Shown here piece by piece: positions 1 to 10,064 of a stretch of DNA of 64,000 bases; position 1 is the first letter of the stretch; each line of letters starts with the position of its first letter. The stretch comes from an uncultured Fibrobacterota bacterium. GTDB taxonomy: Bacteria > Fibrobacterota > Chitinivibrionia > Chitinivibrionales > FEN-1185. The stretch is taken from contig CAVWBU010000024.1 in assembly GCA_963753345.1 (NCBI GenBank), positions 128,001 through 192,000 on the forward strand. Direction: 5' to 3'. The notes beneath the pieces are model-generated. The model was not told the DNA's origin, made no database searches, and saw only the letters and a list, made by a program, of their open reading frames with translations. Position numbers and translations under genes: made by a program.

Positions 1-1914
1 AAAAAGGCATTCAAGGAACAAAAGGTCCGTTCGCTTATCAATGTGCCGGTGGTATACGGAGGTTCGCTCCGTGGCGTCATCGGCCTTGAGTCGGTGCTTT
101 CGAATAAATCCTGGTCCCGCGACACCGCAACCCTGTTAAAGATGGCGGGGGAAATATTCTCGAGCGCACTCGAACGCAAGCGGGTGGAAGAGGAGCTTGC
201 CTACGAGCGCGACCTGCTCCACACCCTCATGGATAACCTTCCCGACACCATCTATTTCAAGGACACCGAGAGCCGCTTCACCCGCATCAACAAGGCGCAG
301 GCAAAGACTCTGGGCATACAGAACCCCGTGGCTGCAATTGGAAAAACGGACTTCGACTTCTTCGTTCACGACCATGCGCGCATCGCCTTTGCCGAAGAGC
401 AGGAAATCATGAAATCGGGAAAGTCGCTTATTAACAAAATAGAAAAAGTGAGCCGGCCCGACGGCAACTTCACGTGGTTCACCGCCACAAAGGTGCCCAT
501 ATTCGACAAGAACAACAACATCGTCGGCACCGTGGGCGTCTCACGCGACATCACCACCATGAAGAATTTTGAAGACGAGTTGCAGAAAGCGAAAAACGAA
601 CTTGAGATCCGCGTCGCGGAGCGCACCGCCGATCTCAAGAAGGCAAACGAACGGCTTGAGACGCGTATCGCGCAGCTTGACTTTCTCAATTCAACGTCGT
701 TTGAACTTGCGCAGCTTATCCAGATCGACGAGCTTCTTCCGGCCATTCTCAGGACGTTTGCCGCAAGGTTTCCCCATTCGCAGGCCAGCATCTGCAAAGC
801 GAAGAAAGGCTCGTTCAAGTGCACCCACGCTACGGGCGAGCTTAATACCGACCCCGGCCGTGAGGCCTCGGAGCAGGCGCTCTCCGTTTTCATGCGCACC
901 GAGCTTCAGCGGACCATTGTCGTTGAAAACTGGATGCAGGACCCGCGCCTTTCGCAGTACAAATGGCCCGAGCTTTCGGAACTGCCCTGCTACACCGCGA
1001 TTCCGCTTCTTGCCGACAACAAATGCCTTGCCGTGGTGCAGATCTTCACCACCCCGGAATACGTGGACGTGTACGAACAGGAACAAACCCTGCTCACGAC
1101 GCTTGCGGCGCACGCTGCGTCCTGCCTGAGCAATGCCCTCCACTATCAGGATCTCGGCGAAAAGGCAAGACTCGACGGAGAGCTCGACGCCGCCAGGAGC
1201 ATCCAGCGCAGGTTCACACCCCAGTACAAGCCGCAGATCCCGCATGTCAATCTCAAGGGCGTCTACTATCCCGCGTACGAGGTGGGCGGCGATTACCTCG
1301 ACTACTTTAAAACAGAGGCGGGAGACTGGGTTGTGGTGATTTCCGACGTGTGCGGGAAAGGCATCCCCGCAGCGCTCCTGATGACCATGCTGCGCTCAAC
1401 CTTTAGAGTGGAGGGGCGCAATGAAACGTCGGCCAAGCGCCTCCTGTGCGCGGTCAACGACTTTATGACCCTCAACCTCGACGACCGCTCGTTCGTCACC
1501 GCGTTGTGCCTTATCATCAAGCATGACGGAACGTCCATGAGCTACGCGCGCGCAGGCCATCCCATGCTGCTCAAGTTGAGCCCGAACAACGAGCCGCCGC
1601 TGCCCATAACCAGCAACGGCCTTGCCCTCGGGCTTGTTTCCGACGGCGCAAAATTCACCGCGATGATGGACGAAGTGACGGTGGACCTCAAGAAGGGCGA
1701 CAGGTTCCTTATCTACACCGACGGCTTGATAGATGCGAACAATCCGGAGCGCAATTCGTACGGCGTCCAGCGCCTCAACGAGGTGCTCGCGCGAGACAAG
1801 GATTCGGATGCCGACTCCATGATCTCATTGCTCATGGACGACATTAAGAAGTTCACGCGCGGTGCGCCGTACCACGACGACCTCACCATTCTGGCGCTCC
1901 AGGTGACGGATTAA
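1..1914 (+). CDS. PAS/GAF sensor SpoIIE (RsbU-like PP2C) phosphatase, 5' partial
   Basis: Frame is open from the window start. GAF tail, PAS (MDNLPDTIYFKD...VGVSRDIT), coiled coil, second GAF, then PP2C motifs VGGDYLD, DVCGKG, YTDGL, DDLT. Confidence 0.9.
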   Translation, partial: KKAFKEQKVRSLINVPVVYGGSLRGVIGLESVLSNKSWSRDTATLLKMAGEIFSSALERKRVEEELAYERDLLHTLMDNLPDTIYFKDTESRFTRINKAQAKTLGIQNPVAAIGKTDFDFFVHDHARIAFAEEQEIMKSGKSLINKIEKVSRPDGNFTWFTATKVPIFDKNNNIVGTVGVSRDITTMKNFEDELQKAKNELEIRVAERTADLKKANERLETRIAQLDFLNSTSFELAQLIQIDELLPAILRTFAARFPHSQASICKAKKGSFKCTHATGELNTDPGREASEQALSVFMRTELQRTIVVENWMQDPRLSQYKWPELSELPCYTAIPLLADNKCLAVVQIFTTPEYVDVYEQEQTLLTTLAAHAASCLSNALHYQDLGEKARLDGELDAARSIQRRFTPQYKPQIPHVNLKGVYYPAYEVGGDYLDYFKTEAGDWVVVISDVCGKGIPAALLMTMLRSTFRVEGRNETSAKRLLCAVNDFMTLNLDDRSFVTALCLIIKHDGTSMSYARAGHPMLLKLSPNNEPPLPITSNGLALGLVSDGAKFTAMMDEVTVDLKKGDRFLIYTDGLIDANNPERNSYGVQRLNEVLARDKDSDADSMISLLMDDIKKFTRGAPYHDDLTILALQVTD

Positions 1915-1945
1915 AGGCGTCTTTCCCGGTCTTTGGATCAGATGA

Positions 1946-2048
1946 TTGCTGCGGGAGTGATTTCCGAAGGGAATGTCATGACGCCGGAGGCGTCTTTGGA
2001 TCCTGCCGGATAAGCAGGATCGACACTATCGGAATCTCATCTCAGCAA
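1946..2048. repeat. REP/MITE-like palindromic element
   Basis: Imperfect terminal inverted repeats TTGCTGCGGGAGTGATTTCCGA / TCGGAATCTCATCTCAGCAA enclose the hairpins GACGCC-GGA-GGCGTC and GATCCTGC...GCAGGATC. Confidence 0.5.
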
Positions 2049-2141
2049 GAAAGCACCCCTTCCATCTGCAACGCTCATTGCATTTGTGCAGAGGGAGGGG
2101 TACTGACAACTCGAAGAGTGAGGGGACAATTTTCGAACGGA

Positions 2142-2336
2142 TTATCTCTTCTTCTGAATGGGCGGTCTGTTCTGAACCGGCGGCTTGGGTTTGCCTGCCT
2201 TCTCCTTGGCTATTTCGGCCATAATTTCCTTTTCCGCCTTCACCCAGTCGTCAAAATGATGGCCCGGCTGGGCTCCGCGATGCAGGAAAAGCTCATAAGC
2301 ACGTTTTTCGATCCTGTTCTTGAGTGCTGCGTCCAT
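2142..2336 (-). CDS. DUF2934-family small protein
   Basis: IEKRAYELF..RG...G....DW..AE.EI motif; AAAGGAGG RBS upstream. Confidence 0.85.
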   Translation of the reverse strand: MDAALKNRIEKRAYELFLHRGAQPGHHFDDWVKAEKEIMAEIAKEKAGKPKPPVQNRPPIQKKR

Positions 2337-2709
2337 GAATCCTCCTTTGTTATGGGTTCAAAGTGATAAATTTGCTTCATGTGAGGTGTGCAGTTCAATT
2401 TAACAAGTTAAATAAGTATAATTCTTTCGGAATGAAAGGTCAACAGGTAATCTTTCAAATCCAAATCAAGCTCTATGGCCTGAATAAAATTCCTCAAGAT
2501 TCAGCCGAAGCTAGGGCGGCAACTCCCAAGCCTGCTTATGTATCCTTTTTGTTCGTAGCCTGGCATGTTTTTGCACATCCTCAGGCAGTTGCTTCTCCGA
2601 AAGCACGTCCCCCCAAATATTCCAATAAAGTATTTTAGGAAACGTCCAAAAGCGGCCCCAGACCAAAACGTCTGCCCGCGTCCCAACCACTTACCGGAAG
2701 GATTGCGCA

Positions 2710-4227
2710 ATGGCACAAGAAACAGTTATCACAAGATTCACCCTCAAGGGAAGGGAAATTCTCTCCTCGTACGCCAATTTCACCATGGAAGGGGTGATGA
2801 CCGCCCGTGTTTCGCGGGGAAAAGACGCCTGGACCATCGAAGAGAGGAACGGCATTGCCAAAGGAACCTCGGATGGTGAAAACGAGGCGATTTACATTCC
2901 GAACGACAAGGCGATTGAGTCGATCCGGAAGAACATCGTACCGCTGTTGCCCAAGAAGGTTGTTGTAAAGACGCCGCTCGACATCATCAAGGCATGCGAG
3001 GAATTCGACCTGAAGCTTGTGAAAGGCGCAGGCCCCAATAAGAAGATCTGGGGCGGAAACGCGTGCCTCGCGTCGTCGACGGTGTTTTTTCAGACCCTGC
3101 TCAAGGCATCGGGGTTCAAGGCCTGGCAGGTGCTGGCGCCAAAAGGATTAAAGACATTTTACATGCCCAACATCGCGTTTAATATGGTATGCGGCGGCGA
3201 GCATGTTCCCGGCACAAAGCAGGACATTCAGGAGATGTTCTTCTTCGCCATGAAGGAGAAGTCGATCAAAGATGTATTCGCCACGGGCACAAAGTTCTTC
3301 CGCCAGTTCGAAAAGAACCTCGTGCGGGACGGGTTGCCCACGGGAACGGCAAAGGAGCGGGGGTTTGTCTTTCCTGTCAAAGACAACTTTGAAGGCCTGA
3401 ATCGCATCAAGGAATGCGCGGGCCAGCTCGGGCTTGCCGAAACAGACTGGGCCATAGGCACGGACAACGCATTCTCGGAAATCCAGAAGGGCGAGGAGCT
3501 GCGACAGAAAGGGCTGTACGACATGCGGTTCAGCGGGCTTGGCATCAAGACGCGAGAGGAGCTTATCGAATTCGATTACTCCGTGGTAAAAAGCGCAGAC
3601 AACTTCGTTAATATGGAAGACCCGGGCTCCGAAATCGACATTGCCGCCCACAAGCTCATGAATGAAAAATACGGCGACCGCGTGCAGATCGTGATTGACG
3701 ATGCGGCAGTGACCCAGTTGCGCTTCATTATTCCGTTCCTTGCGGCGAGGGACCGGAAGGACCGGGCGGGAAACTCGGTGCTCATCAAACTGAACCAGGC
3801 CGGGACATTCACCGAAACCTGCCTGGCAACTGAAGTTGTTCTGGGAATCGCAGACCCGAAACGCGTGGAACGTTTTCTTGTCGCGCGCAACGACGTGGAG
3901 GTCGTGCTCGGAGAACTCGCAAAGGTGGGCGTGTCGTCGCTCGATGAGGCCGTTGCAAACATCAAGGGGGGCGGCTTCTCCGCGTTCTTCTCGCACAGGT
4001 CAACGGAGGGGTCGTCGGAATTCCTTCCCTACATGCCCCTGCTGTACGGATCGGTATGCCGGCGGTTGTGGCTCAAGGCCGGGGCGCCCAACGGCGAGCG
4101 TAACCTCCAGAACTACAATCCGCTCATCCGGGCCGAAGAGGAAATGCGGGATGCAGGCATAAAGACGGTGGTGGCGGGTTTCGAAGGTCTGCCCAAGGGA
4201 GTTGTTATTCCCGCGGTGACAGGCTAG
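2710..4227 (+). CDS. eno: Highly divergent enolase (phosphopyruvate hydratase)-like protein
   Basis: Enolase motifs in order: REILSS, GTSDG.NEA, GGNA, GGEH, DIQEM, MEDP, IDD, NSVLIKLNQ.GT.TE, SHRS, LKAG, ER...YN. Confidence 0.75.
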   Translation: MAQETVITRFTLKGREILSSYANFTMEGVMTARVSRGKDAWTIEERNGIAKGTSDGENEAIYIPNDKAIESIRKNIVPLLPKKVVVKTPLDIIKACEEFDLKLVKGAGPNKKIWGGNACLASSTVFFQTLLKASGFKAWQVLAPKGLKTFYMPNIAFNMVCGGEHVPGTKQDIQEMFFFAMKEKSIKDVFATGTKFFRQFEKNLVRDGLPTGTAKERGFVFPVKDNFEGLNRIKECAGQLGLAETDWAIGTDNAFSEIQKGEELRQKGLYDMRFSGLGIKTREELIEFDYSVVKSADNFVNMEDPGSEIDIAAHKLMNEKYGDRVQIVIDDAAVTQLRFIIPFLAARDRKDRAGNSVLIKLNQAGTFTETCLATEVVLGIADPKRVERFLVARNDVEVVLGELAKVGVSSLDEAVANIKGGGFSAFFSHRSTEGSSEFLPYMPLLYGSVCRRLWLKAGAPNGERNLQNYNPLIRAEEEMRDAGIKTVVAGFEGLPKGVVIPAVTG

Positions 4228-4249
4228 GCTCTCCAAAAACCTTTGCGGT

Positions 4250-4283
4250 AGAAGGGAGGGCCGCGGCCCTCCCTTCTTTTTTA
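4250..4283 (+). terminator. Intrinsic terminator after the enolase-like gene
   Basis: AGAAGGGAGGGCC-GC-GGCCCTCCCTTCT followed by a T-run. Confidence 0.85.
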
Positions 4284-4366
4284 TTCATGCAGTAACGTAT
4301 TTTATACGTTAGTTTTTCAAAGGGCGCGTCTGTGGGCGCCGGGAAACTTTACGCAAGGAGAACGGG

Positions 4367-5482
4367 ATGATCAACGTCGGATTCGTAGGATGGCGCGGAA
4401 TGGTCGGGTCGGTGCTCATGGACCGCATGATTGCCGAAGGGGATTTCAAAGGATTCGAGCCGGTGTTTTTCACCACGAGCAACGTGGGCGGCGCCGGGCC
4501 GTCGATAGGTCTTGACATTCCGCCCCTTGCCGACGCTCGGGACCTCGCCGCCCTCTCGGCCATGGACATCATTGTCACCTGTCAAGGCGGCGACTACACC
4601 AACGACGTGTATCCGAAACTGAGGGGACAGGGATTCAAAGGATATTGGATCGATGCGGCGTCGGCCCTTCGCATGAAGGACGACAGCATCATCGTTCTGG
4701 ACCCCGTCAACCTTAAGGTGATCAAAAAGGGACTCCGGGCAGGCATCAGGGACTTTATCGGCGGCAATTGCACCGTGAGCCTCATGCTCATGGCGCTTTC
4801 GGGTCTGTTTAAAGCCAGACTGGTTGAATGGATTTCGACCATGACCTATCAGGCCGCATCCGGCGCCGGCGCAAAGAACATGATCGAGCTCGTGAGGCAG
4901 ATGGCGCACCTTTCGGGCGCGGCGCGGCCGCTGCTTGACAACCCGGCGGCCAGCGCGCTTGAATACGACGCGCTCATTACGGGCGAACTGCGCTCCGGAA
5001 AAATGCCCGTCGAGAATTTCGGCGCGCCGCTTGCGGCAAGCCTTATCCCGTGGATCGACAGGCCCATGGAAAACGGCCAGACCAGAGAGGAATGGAAAGG
5101 GTGCGCCGAGACCAACAAGATCCTCGGCACAAAAAGGACCATTCCGGTCGACGGCATCTGCGCGCGCGTAAGCGCGATGCGCTGCCACAGCCAGGGGCTG
5201 ACCATCAAACTGAAAAAAGACGTTCCGCTTGACGAAGTGGAAGCAATGATCGCATCGGCGCACGAGTGGGTTTCGGTCGTTCCCAACGCCAAGGAAGCGA
5301 CCCTTGCGCAGCTTTCACCGGCCGCGGTATCCGGGAAACTCATTGTTCCCATCGGTCGATTGCGCAAGATGAACATAGGCCCGAAATTCCTGACTGCGTT
5401 TACCGTTGGCGATCAATTGCTGTGGGGCGCGGCGGAGCCTATACGCAGGATCCTCAAAATCGTGCTCAAGCATGTCAAGTAA
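4367..5482 (+). CDS. asd: Aspartate-semialdehyde dehydrogenase
   Basis: [15 protein letters not shown] (catalytic Cys), [19 protein letters not shown]. Confidence 0.97.
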   Translation: MINVGFVGWRGMVGSVLMDRMIAEGDFKGFEPVFFTTSNVGGAGPSIGLDIPPLADARDLAALSAMDIIVTCQGGDYTNDVYPKLRGQGFKGYWIDAASALRMKDDSIIVLDPVNLKVIKKGLRAGIRDFIGGNCTVSLMLMALSGLFKARLVEWISTMTYQAASGAGAKNMIELVRQMAHLSGAARPLLDNPAASALEYDALITGELRSGKMPVENFGAPLAASLIPWIDRPMENGQTREEWKGCAETNKILGTKRTIPVDGICARVSAMRCHSQGLTIKLKKDVPLDEVEAMIASAHEWVSVVPNAKEATLAQLSPAAVSGKLIVPIGRLRKMNIGPKFLTAFTVGDQLLWGAAEPIRRILKIVLKHVK

Positions 5483-5502
5483 GCTGCACTTGAAATGCGG
5501 AG

Positions 5503-5537
5503 AAAAGGGAGAACGCGGTTCTCCCTTTTTCGTTTTT
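5503..5537 (+). terminator. Intrinsic terminator after asd
   Basis: AAAAGGGAGAAC-GCG-GTTCTCCCTTTT followed by a T-rich tail. Confidence 0.85.
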
Positions 5538-5691
5538 GTTACGAGGCCACTCCGGTTTGTGTTTAATTCGGTTGATATTTTACCCTTTTGAAGGTATCTT
5601 ACCCATAGACGCATCCTGAACAAGGTCGGCGGATCATACGCGCCGTTCTCCGCGTCCGGTCCTTTCCTAAGGTTAACAGTGAGGAGGCCCC

Positions 5692-6772
5692 ATGAGTTCG
5701 CACACGTCCAGAATCATCCTCTTGTCGGGCATGCTGAGCATCCTGAGCCTTCTGGTCGGCTGCAGCCTTGACCGGTGCCAGATCATCTCGCACCCGTCCA
5801 CGGCAAAGCCGGGTGACACGATTTCCGTTTTGTTCAGCGACATCTATATCGTTATTTCCAACACGCCTACCCTGTCGGGGACGTTCGCCCGCGACAGCCT
5901 GCATGCGGGATACGGCCTGCCCTCCGGATGGTCCGTGCTCTCGTCCGACTATTACATTGCAACCGGCATCCGGATGAGCCAGATGGCCTCGCTCGTGAGC
6001 AACCCCTCCCAGATCATGACGCTGATTCAGGACTCGCTTGCCGTGTACACGGCACGGAAATCGCCCATGACCGCAGACAACGGCTGGAGCGCCTTCTTTA
6101 CAGGGAAGACGTTCGAGGCGCATAACGCCGCGAACACCGACTCGATTCGGGTGGTCGCCAGCACCATCGGCCAATGGACGGCGTACAGCAGCAAAATCAG
6201 CCTTTCCATTCCTTCGGGAACCAAAATGGACACCGGCGTGGCGCTGACGGCTTTACCCATCAGTTCCACGATTCAGGCTGAGATAAAAGCGCTGTATAAA
6301 ACGGATTCCATCTGGGTCAAGGCGATTCCCATCGTTTGTTTTGCCAGCATCATCGCGGGCCAGACCGTCGGCACGGACACGCTTCTTTATTACACCAAGA
6401 CCGACTCCATTTCCACGTCAACCTCCGCCTACAATTTTGACAAAGGCGATATGACCTACGCGCCAATCAACATCAATCCGAACAACGCGGTGCAGCTCCT
6501 GCCCGCTCTGCGTAATGCCCGACCCCTGCTTTCCATTAGCGCGGAACCATGCCGCCACGACGCGCATCGAGGTGGGCGGCCTGGGAGACGGAATCGTTTC
6601 CATCTGCGATATGGCGGGAAAAACGATACGGACATTCGATGCGCCGCACAATGCCGCGATCATCTGGGACCGGACGACGTCCTCCGGCGCGAGGATCGGA
6701 ACCGGCACCTTTGTGGTCCGTTATGAATCCCGAAGCGCCATCGCGGCCCAGACATTGCAAATTGTCAAGTAG
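5692..6772 (+). CDS. Secreted lipoprotein with C-terminal FlgD-Ig/T9SS-CTD-like domain; apparent frameshift near 6541
   Basis: GAGGAGG RBS and LLVGC lipobox. The 6515..6772 frame carries a typical tail (SICDMAGKTIRT..IIWD...G..IGTGTFVVR) that is out of frame with the 5692 ORF. Confidence 0.65.
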
Positions 6773-6922
6773 GACTTGGTTGACAAACAAAAGTCGTGAG
6801 GCGCACGAAAAATAGCGGGGGCCTCTTTTTGCGAAGCATCCGCAACCGAACAGGCATGTATGCTAAGGCTGTAGAAACAGGGCGATTAATCGGCCGGCAA
6901 TCACACTCAAAGGAGGTCTTGT

Positions 6923-7129
6923 ATGGCGCTCGATCAAAGAATTCCCGGCAAACCGAGCAGTGTCCAGAAAGCCGGTCCTTCCATGGGTCTTGACAAATTC
7001 AAAGCTGAAATTGAGAAGCGAGCCAAGGAAATCTTTCTCAAGCGCCAGATTTCCAAAGCTTCGGGGGATGCGCTTTCCGATTGGCTTCTTGCGGAAAAAG
7101 AAATAAAGGCGAAATATCATATCGTCTGA
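6923..7129 (+). CDS. DUF2934-family small protein (second copy)
   Basis: IEKRAKEIF..R....G....DWL.AEKEI; AAGGAGG RBS. Confidence 0.8.
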   Translation: MALDQRIPGKPSSVQKAGPSMGLDKFKAEIEKRAKEIFLKRQISKASGDALSDWLLAEKEIKAKYHIV

Positions 7130-7270
7130 AAGCTGCGTGCAACGTTACACGCAGTAACGGCAACCCTGTTCCGCGCAGAATCGCACCCAGGAAAAAGAGC
7201 GGCTTTCCCAGCCGGGTTCAGGATGTTGTACAGGCAGGGCAACACCCGCCAAGATTTTGCGGATAGTCCC

Positions 7271-8983
7271 TTATTGGCGTTTTTCCCTTCCCGAACCCGC
7301 ACCCCTGTTTGGTGATACTTCCTGATGCGCCTGTTGCTGCTGTTGCCACTGAGATTGCGCCTGCGTTCGGACCGTTGATTCAATAGTTTCTCTGCGCTGC
7401 TGCTCCATCCGTGCTTCAGAGTTGAGTTCTTTCACCTGGTTTTGAAATTCCACGGTTGGCCGATACGCCTGGGGAACGGCTGCCTGTTGTCTGCTTGCAG
7501 GTGTTTGGGCCACCGATTGTTTCGGTTCCGGTTGCACGGGTTCCGCACGGGGAGCGGCCAGTGGAGCCGGTTGTGGCATTTTCGGAATTATTATCTCCTG
7601 CGGCGGTTTCCAGGATTGTGCTCTTTGCACATGCTGCTGGGCTTGGTGGGCTCTCATTGCCTGTACCGCCACTTCCCCTTTCAGGGCTGCCTGTTTCGAT
7701 TGATTGGTTTCTTTTTGCGCTTGTACATTGAGACGGGTCGTTTCCGTCTGCGCCGCTTGAGCGACCGCGCGTTGGTTTTTTGCGGCCTGCTCTGCGGCAT
7801 TCCGCTGACCGTTCTGCAGCGTTTCCCACGACTGAGGACTTGTATGCGGGGTAATTATTTTTCCAAAGCCTGATGAAGTCTTTGTAAACCGTTCCTTCAC
7901 CGCCGCCGGGCTTTCCGGTGCCGCCGCCGCAATGGCAGGCTTGTAGATCACCAACTTGTTTCCGCTTACTGCGGTGGCGCGAATCGACTCGCCCGGCCGA
8001 AGATGCTCTTCGGTGAGCGCAACCGGAGCAATGCGCGTCTTGGTTGCCTTCTCCACGGCCGCCACCGGCACCCCGACATTGACAAGATGATTGTTAACAA
8101 TAGAGAGACTCTTCCTTTCCGGCGCAGTCTTCGCGTAGATGCCCTCGGCATGGGACGACGGCACCACTTGGGCGAACAGGTGCCGGTCGTGAAAATGCTC
8201 CATTGGCACGAAGAAAAAATCGCCGAACGACAGTCCGAATTCGAAATCGTCCCCCACCAGGGTTTCTCCAAAGAAGAAACCCCGCCCTGGCACGAACCGT
8301 GAACGCGGCGGAAGCGGCGCCCACCCGCAATAATCGGGACCCGATCTCCAGACGACCCACGCGGGGCCCCATTCATTGTCCGGCAACCAAAGCCAGCCAT
8401 AGGGATCCCGGCGGAACCAGCGGCCATAATGAAATGGCGCCCATCCCCAGGTATAATTTGAAACCCAGGTCCATCCATAGTCTGTCCAAACCCAGCGCCC
8501 GTGATTGCAATAGGGCGCCCAATCTTCATCGATGGCCGTCGCATTGGGCTGCCAGCACCAATTCCCATCGACGTTGATCCAGGTTCCATAGGGGTACAGC
8601 GCCGAGTAGAAAAATGAAATATTCTGCTCATCAGGAGGCGGAGCCATTACCGGTGAAACCGCCGCGGGACCCAGCGGTGCAGCAGTCGATTCGGGATACG
8701 TGCTTGTGGAGTCGGCTTTCAACAGGGAATCGTTGGGCTGATCGTGTTTGAGTGCCTCAATAATCACTTTTGAGGGGACACCAAGGTCTTTGAGCGTCAC
8801 GATATCCGCTGATGTCAAGGCGAAAGGAGTGGCGGAATTTTCAATATATGCCTTTACCACCTCCTCATCGACCCCTGATTTTGCAAGGGCGATAAGATCG
8901 TCAGCAGTTCCTGCCGTCACCTTCGACAGAGCGAACGCCAGCAGTACGAACGGCACAATGCCGACACACCGATGTGAATACAT
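7271..8983 (-). CDS. Secreted protein with Trp/Gly-rich DUF6600-like domain and Gln/Pro-rich tail
   Basis: Signal peptide; W.PY..GRWVWTDYGWTWVS...WGWAPFHYGRW motif; low-complexity C-terminus. Confidence 0.75.
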   Translation of the reverse strand: MYSHRCVGIVPFVLLAFALSKVTAGTADDLIALAKSGVDEEVVKAYIENSATPFALTSADIVTLKDLGVPSKVIIEALKHDQPNDSLLKADSTSTYPESTAAPLGPAAVSPVMAPPPDEQNISFFYSALYPYGTWINVDGNWCWQPNATAIDEDWAPYCNHGRWVWTDYGWTWVSNYTWGWAPFHYGRWFRRDPYGWLWLPDNEWGPAWVVWRSGPDYCGWAPLPPRSRFVPGRGFFFGETLVGDDFEFGLSFGDFFFVPMEHFHDRHLFAQVVPSSHAEGIYAKTAPERKSLSIVNNHLVNVGVPVAAVEKATKTRIAPVALTEEHLRPGESIRATAVSGNKLVIYKPAIAAAAPESPAAVKERFTKTSSGFGKIITPHTSPQSWETLQNGQRNAAEQAAKNQRAVAQAAQTETTRLNVQAQKETNQSKQAALKGEVAVQAMRAHQAQQHVQRAQSWKPPQEIIIPKMPQPAPLAAPRAEPVQPEPKQSVAQTPASRQQAAVPQAYRPTVEFQNQVKELNSEARMEQQRRETIESTVRTQAQSQWQQQQQAHQEVSPNRGAGSGREKRQ

Positions 8984-9267
8984 AAGATTCTCCTTAACAA
9001 AAGGTAATACGACGCGCTCTCGGTCACGACCTATTTTCCGGCAATTACGTGCAGGGAAACCGGCCCCATTCTTCTTCGTTTATTGAGGAAATCGCACAAG
9101 CCACGATTGCACCTGCAGAGCGGTTTGCGGCCGAACTCCTTTGATACGCATTCGTAATATATATGATTCTGCCGGTTCTATGCCCAATCCGAGGCGCTTT
9201 CCCTTTCCCGCAACGAAAGACGTTATGACTCCGGTTGCGCCACGCAAATCCCGCCGGCCCCCCGCAA

Positions 9268-9305
9268 CAAAAAACCCCGTCTCTTTTGAGGCAGGGGCTT
9301 TTTTG
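9268..9305. terminator. Intrinsic terminator downstream of the pilin gene (A-run/T-run flanked hairpin)
   Basis: AAAAAACCCCGTCTC-TTTT-GAGGCAGGGGCTTTTTT. Confidence 0.65.
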
Positions 9306-9326
9306 CTTCAGGCTCTTCAACCGCGG

Positions 9327-9755
9327 CTATCGCCAACTGGGGCAGTATTTCTGCAAAATGGAAGTGCAGTATCTTGAATTTGTTTGATCGATGGTGCCAT
9401 AGTCGGAGGTCGTTGCATCTCCAAATGCGGTCTGCACAGTTGCCCGGGCCGTAAAAGAACTGGCGTTGGGACTAGTCATTGAATAGGTGAACCATCTGCT
9501 TGTGGAGGAAACATCAACATACGCGGAATCTTTCAGGGCCTGCAACGACGTTACGAAGCCGGAACCCTGGGCCTGATATGCCAACTGACCGCTGTAAATA
9601 CCTGACAACTGTGTCGGAAATTCAGACGCTTTGGCCTTCTGGGAGGCATCGATGAACTTTGGAATTGCAACTGCGGCAAGAATGCCGATGATAACAATCA
9701 CCACCATGAGTTCGACAAGCGTGAATCCCTTTGCCTTGAAAAGTAAGTATCTCAT
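9327..9755 (-). CDS. Type IV pilin-like protein with prepilin N-methylation motif
   Basis: KG-FTLVELMVVIVIIGILAAVAIPKF; C-terminal Cys pair. Start taken at ATG 9755. Confidence 0.9.
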   Translation of the reverse strand: MRYLLFKAKGFTLVELMVVIVIIGILAAVAIPKFIDASQKAKASEFPTQLSGIYSGQLAYQAQGSGFVTSLQALKDSAYVDVSSTSRWFTYSMTSPNASSFTARATVQTAFGDATTSDYGTIDQTNSRYCTSILQKYCPSWR

Positions 9756-10064
9756 ACAAAGCCCTTCAGGGTAGCTTTCCTTTAACCGACTCACTGTCGC
9801 ATCTGCATGGTTAGGGAACCATGCAACATGAGGACCTCCCTTCATGAGCATCACGGCTCCGCTACAGTTCTAGAGTCCACCGTAAGTTTATATCGAATCC
9901 CTATTTTTGTCAAGATCATTATTCATGATATAATATAAGCCGGCAGATGTGTGCATCACACTCTGGGCCTTGAACCACACCAATCTGTTTCTCATCAACC
10001 CAGGCACACCTTCATTTTTTTCCATATAGTACATTGATTTACGGGAAGGCAAGATGCTTCGGCC

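Noticed and set aside
2561-2575. sigma54-like TGGCATG..TTGCA upstream of the enolase gene
   Set aside because: GG-to-GC spacing is 9 nt rather than the required 10.
9756-9900. c-di-GMP riboswitch upstream of the pilin
   Set aside because: A hairpin is present but neither class I (GCAAA..GAAA..GACGCAAAG) nor class II motifs match.
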